From Burkholderiales bacterium (GTDB lineage Bacteria; Pseudomonadota; Gammaproteobacteria; Burkholderiales; SG8-39): 64,000 nt of DNA. Every line of letters begins with the position of its first letter. The stretch's first letter is position 1. The DNA lies in the NCBI GenBank assembly GCA_014860355.1, contig JACZJV010000050.1:14733-78732 (forward strand). The letters run 5' to 3'. Below, one piece after another: positions 61,613 to 64,000 of this stretch. The notes below the pieces were generated by a model. That model saw only the letters and a list, made by a program, of their open reading frames with translations. It did no database searches and had not been told where the DNA came from. The translations under genes and the position numbers were made by a program.

Positions 61613-63894
61613 GCGCCCAGCCTGAGGACGATAGGCGCCAGCGCTTCGCCCTGCGCGAGCACCCGGCCGATGGCCGCAGCATGCGTGTATCCGAGCGCGT
61701 GCAGGGCGCCGAGGCAGGCCTCGGCGCGCTCCCCGGGGACGCTGGCGAGCAGCCCACCTGCTGTCTGCGGGTCGAAGATCAGCGCATAGCGCGGATGGCT
61801 CAGCGCCTCCTGCTGGTTGCGCAGCGCGCGGCGCAGGCGCACGTTTGCCGGCTGCAGCGAACTCAGGATGCCGGCGGCGCTGGTTTGCTCCGCGCCTTCC
61901 AGTACGGGCAGCGACGCGAGGTCGAGTTCCGCGTCCACGCCCGAGGGGCGTGTCATTTCGACCAGGTGTCCGAGCAAACCGAAGCCGGTCAGATCGGTGC
62001 AGGCGGTCGCGCCGTGCTCGCGCAGACACTGCGCGCCCAGGCGGTTCGATTGGCACATCGAGGCGAGCGCCGCATCGATCCAGCGGCCACGGGCCGCGAG
62101 CAGGGCATGCGCCGCAAACAGCGTACCGGTGCCGATAGGCTTGGTCAGGATCAGGACGTCGCCGGCTCGCATGCCGCTCTTGCGCAGCACCGGCGCCAGG
62201 TTCTCGTCTATCAAGCCGTTCACGGCAAAGCCCAGCGCCAGTTCCTTGCCCTCGCCGGTGTGCCCGCCCACGAGCGCGCAGCCGGCGTCGTTGAGCACTT
62301 CGATCGCGCCCGACATCATCTGAAACAGCAGGTCCTCCTGCTTGGCCTCCAGGCCGGCGGGCACGGTGACGATCGCGGTGGCCGACTGCGCCTCGGCGCC
62401 CATCGCGTATATGTCGCCCAGGGCGTGATTGGCCGCGACCTTGCCGAAGATGTAGGGATCGTCGATGAAGGCGCGGAAGAAATCCACCGTGTGTACCATG
62501 GCCTTGCCCGGCGGCACGCGCACCACCGCCGCATCGTCGGGCGCATGCAGTCCGATGAGCACGTCGTCGCGCGCTACCGGGACTAGCGCGCCGAGCGCGC
62601 GCGAGAGCACGGTGGCGCCGACTTTCGCGCCGCAGCCGCCGCAGCGCATCGCCACTGCCGAGATCGCCTGCGCGGCCTCCTCCTGGTCGAGTTTGATCGG
62701 CGAGGGCGTCGCATGGGCGGGCCCGGCCTGCATTGCGGGAAACTGCTCGAATTTGTGCATGAAGCGGCGGTCGATCCAGTCCTTCCAGCGCCACACCCAG
62801 TCGCCGCGCAATGCCAGCGCAGCGCGCGAGGCCACGGCGTAGCGATCGCCGGTGCTGATCAGTGCCAGCCAGCGTGTTTGCGGGCGGTAGGGCCTCAATG
62901 GCCTGCCTTCCACAGCGCGGCGCAGATTCTCTGCGAGCGGCTTGCCCTGGCGCACGGCGAATACCCCGGCTTTCTCCAACGGCTGGTTCACCATGCCGGC
63001 GATATCGCCCGCGGCAAACACCTTTGGATCGCTCACGGTCTGCAGCGTGTCGCCGACCTGAATGAATCCATCCGCATCGAGTGCGAGGCCGGTTCCGGCG
63101 AGCCAGGGTGCGCCGCCGGCACGCGTGACCCAGACGATCTCGTCGGCATCCACCGACATGCCGGCCGTAGTCTGCAGGCGCGTCGCGGATACCTGGTTGA
63201 CCTCGGCCTTGCAATGCAGTTCGACACCGCGCTCGGCCAGCACGCGTTCGAATGTACGGCGCACCGAAGCATTGTGGGTTTTCAGGATCACCGGGCCGCG
63301 CGTCAGCAGGTGGAAGCTGAGTTCGTCCGGATTGCGCCCAGCCGCGCGCAATTCCTTGCGCAATCGGTATTGCATGGCCAGAGTCAACTCGACCCCGCCG
63401 GCGCCGCCGCCGACCACGGCGATGCGCGTGGCCCCGGCGTGCCGGCGCACGCGCTCGAGCAGCAGCAGCCAGCGCTGGTTGAATCCATTGATCGGTTTGA
63501 CCGGCACTGCGTGCTCGCTCGCACCCGCCACATCGGCCATTTGCGGCGTGGAGCCGATGTTGATCGACAGGTAGTCGTAGGGCACCGGCGGACGATTGCG
63601 GCAGAGGACTTTGCCCGCGTCGCGGTCCAGGCCCAGTGCTTCATCGTGAAAGTAGCGCGCGCCGGCAAAGCGAGCCAGCCTCGACAGATCGATGTGGACT
63701 TCGTCGTAGCTGTAGTGTCCGGCGATGTACCCCGGCAGCATGCCGGAGTAGGGTGTGTGGGTGTCGCGGCAGATGAGCGTCAGGCGGACCCCGGGCACGG
63801 GATGCATGCCGAAGCGCTTGAGCACGACTACATGGCTGTGGCCACCGCCGACCAGGACGATATCCCTGAGTACCGGCTGATCCGGCGATAGCAT
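61609..63894 (-). CDS. selD: bifunctional NDH-2-like FAD/NAD(P) oxidoreductase / selenide, water dikinase
   Basis: 761 aa. The N-terminal ~400 aa has VLVGGGHSHVV and VVGGGAGGVE dinucleotide folds. The C-terminal part has SelD motifs MRCGGCGAKVG (Cys form, no in-frame TGA), GDIYAMGA and LVGGHTGEG. Confidence 0.9.
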   Translation of the reverse strand: MLSPDQPVLRDIVLVGGGHSHVVVLKRFGMHPVPGVRLTLICRDTHTPYSGMLPGYIAGHYSYDEVHIDLSRLARFAGARYFHDEALGLDRDAGKVLCRNRPPVPYDYLSINIGSTPQMADVAGASEHAVPVKPINGFNQRWLLLLERVRRHAGATRIAVVGGGAGGVELTLAMQYRLRKELRAAGRNPDELSFHLLTRGPVILKTHNASVRRTFERVLAERGVELHCKAEVNQVSATRLQTTAGMSVDADEIVWVTRAGGAPWLAGTGLALDADGFIQVGDTLQTVSDPKVFAAGDIAGMVNQPLEKAGVFAVRQGKPLAENLRRAVEGRPLRPYRPQTRWLALISTGDRYAVASRAALALRGDWVWRWKDWIDRRFMHKFEQFPAMQAGPAHATPSPIKLDQEEAAQAISAVAMRCGGCGAKVGATVLSRALGALVPVARDDVLIGLHAPDDAAVVRVPPGKAMVHTVDFFRAFIDDPYIFGKVAANHALGDIYAMGAEAQSATAIVTVPAGLEAKQEDLLFQMMSGAIEVLNDAGCALVGGHTGEGKELALGFAVNGLIDENLAPVLRKSGMRAGDVLILTKPIGTGTLFAAHALLAARGRWIDAALASMCQSNRLGAQCLREHGATACTDLTGFGLLGHLVEMTRPSGVDAELDLASLPVLEGAEQTSAAGILSSLQPANVRLRRALRNQQEALSHPRYALIFDPQTAGGLLASVPGERAEACLGALHALGYTHAAAIGRVLAQGEALAPIVLRLGA

Positions 63895-64000
63895 CGCGAA
63901 CTTCCTTTCAAGGACGGCGCGCCGCGTGGAATTACGGGCGCATATGATGCGCGCGGGCGGGCCGACTCAGTCCGCGTCTTTTTCGAGCACCTCGGGGATT

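Noticed and set aside
61613-63214. Upstream two thirds of the 758-aa ORF 60938..63214.
   Set aside because: It lies antisense or out of frame to the SelD fusion gene and has an Arg/Gly/Ala-rich translation. Only the last 224 codons (from GTG 61612) form a TVP38-type membrane protein.
61609-63894. Selenocysteine recoding (in-frame TGA plus SECIS) in SelD or neighbouring redox genes.
   Set aside because: SelD has Cys at the catalytic position (CGGCGAK) and all called genes are uninterrupted. No tRNA-Sec, selA or selB is seen.
63967-64000. Possible 3-prime end of a minus-strand gene (...IPEVLEKDAD-stop). Also a possible minus-strand start at position 40 at the left edge.
   Set aside because: Only about 11-13 codons are visible at each window edge, which is too little to support a call.

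Overview
GC-rich proteobacterial chromosomal segment, probably betaproteobacterial (Bug/TTT transporter, GlnRS, PhaZ, many Burkholderiales-style small proteins). It is densely coding. I call 61 protein-coding loci, one of them a decayed regulator gene. I recognised no rRNA, tRNA, CRISPR array, transposase or integrase. Many long ORFs in the track are antisense or alternate-frame artefacts of the high GC content and are not called. ORF-track starts include GTG/TTG, so several starts were moved to internal ATG/GTG codons with better context.

Content by region:
- 0-4.7 kb: sulfur/redox genes. A cysteine-dioxygenase-like cupin is ATGA-coupled to a four-module rhodanese, followed by RidA and Sir2. 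A LysR gene lies divergent from two small unknown genes.
- 10-14.7 kb and 26.2-35.1 kb: two different clusters, each built around a split alpha/beta ThDP decarboxylase of the sulfopyruvate/phosphonopyruvate-decarboxylase type. The second is joined to a three-subunit molybdenum hydroxylase, a MoaD/ThiS-like Gly-Gly protein and a divergent TctCBA importer.
- 19.6-22.9 kb: a 1130-aa Cache-HAMP-PAS-GAF-PAS-PAS-HD-GYP sensor.
- 35.1-37.4 kb: a visibly less GC-rich, decayed patch. It holds CsbD, DUF3309, an internally deleted Crp/Fnr-family gene, a perfect Crp-type palindrome and an orphan terminator.
- 43.3-47.1 kb: an AHL-acylase-like Ntn hydrolase and PhaZ.
- 48.6-63.9 kb: the most interesting part, a selenium island.

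The selenium island contains a SenB-like glycosyltransferase divergent from a SenA/EgtB-like enzyme. It also contains EgtD and a flavoprotein::SelD fusion, which together cover all steps of the recently described selenoneine route. These are interleaved with a PhnD-type ABC importer, two TVP38/DedA-type membrane modules, a disulfide-reductase flavoprotein, two secreted Cys-motif DUF proteins (DUF547, DUF3179) and a hydrolase::OsmC fusion, none of which has an assigned role in that pathway. All functional calls rest on motif and family recognition by eye. No database search was run.
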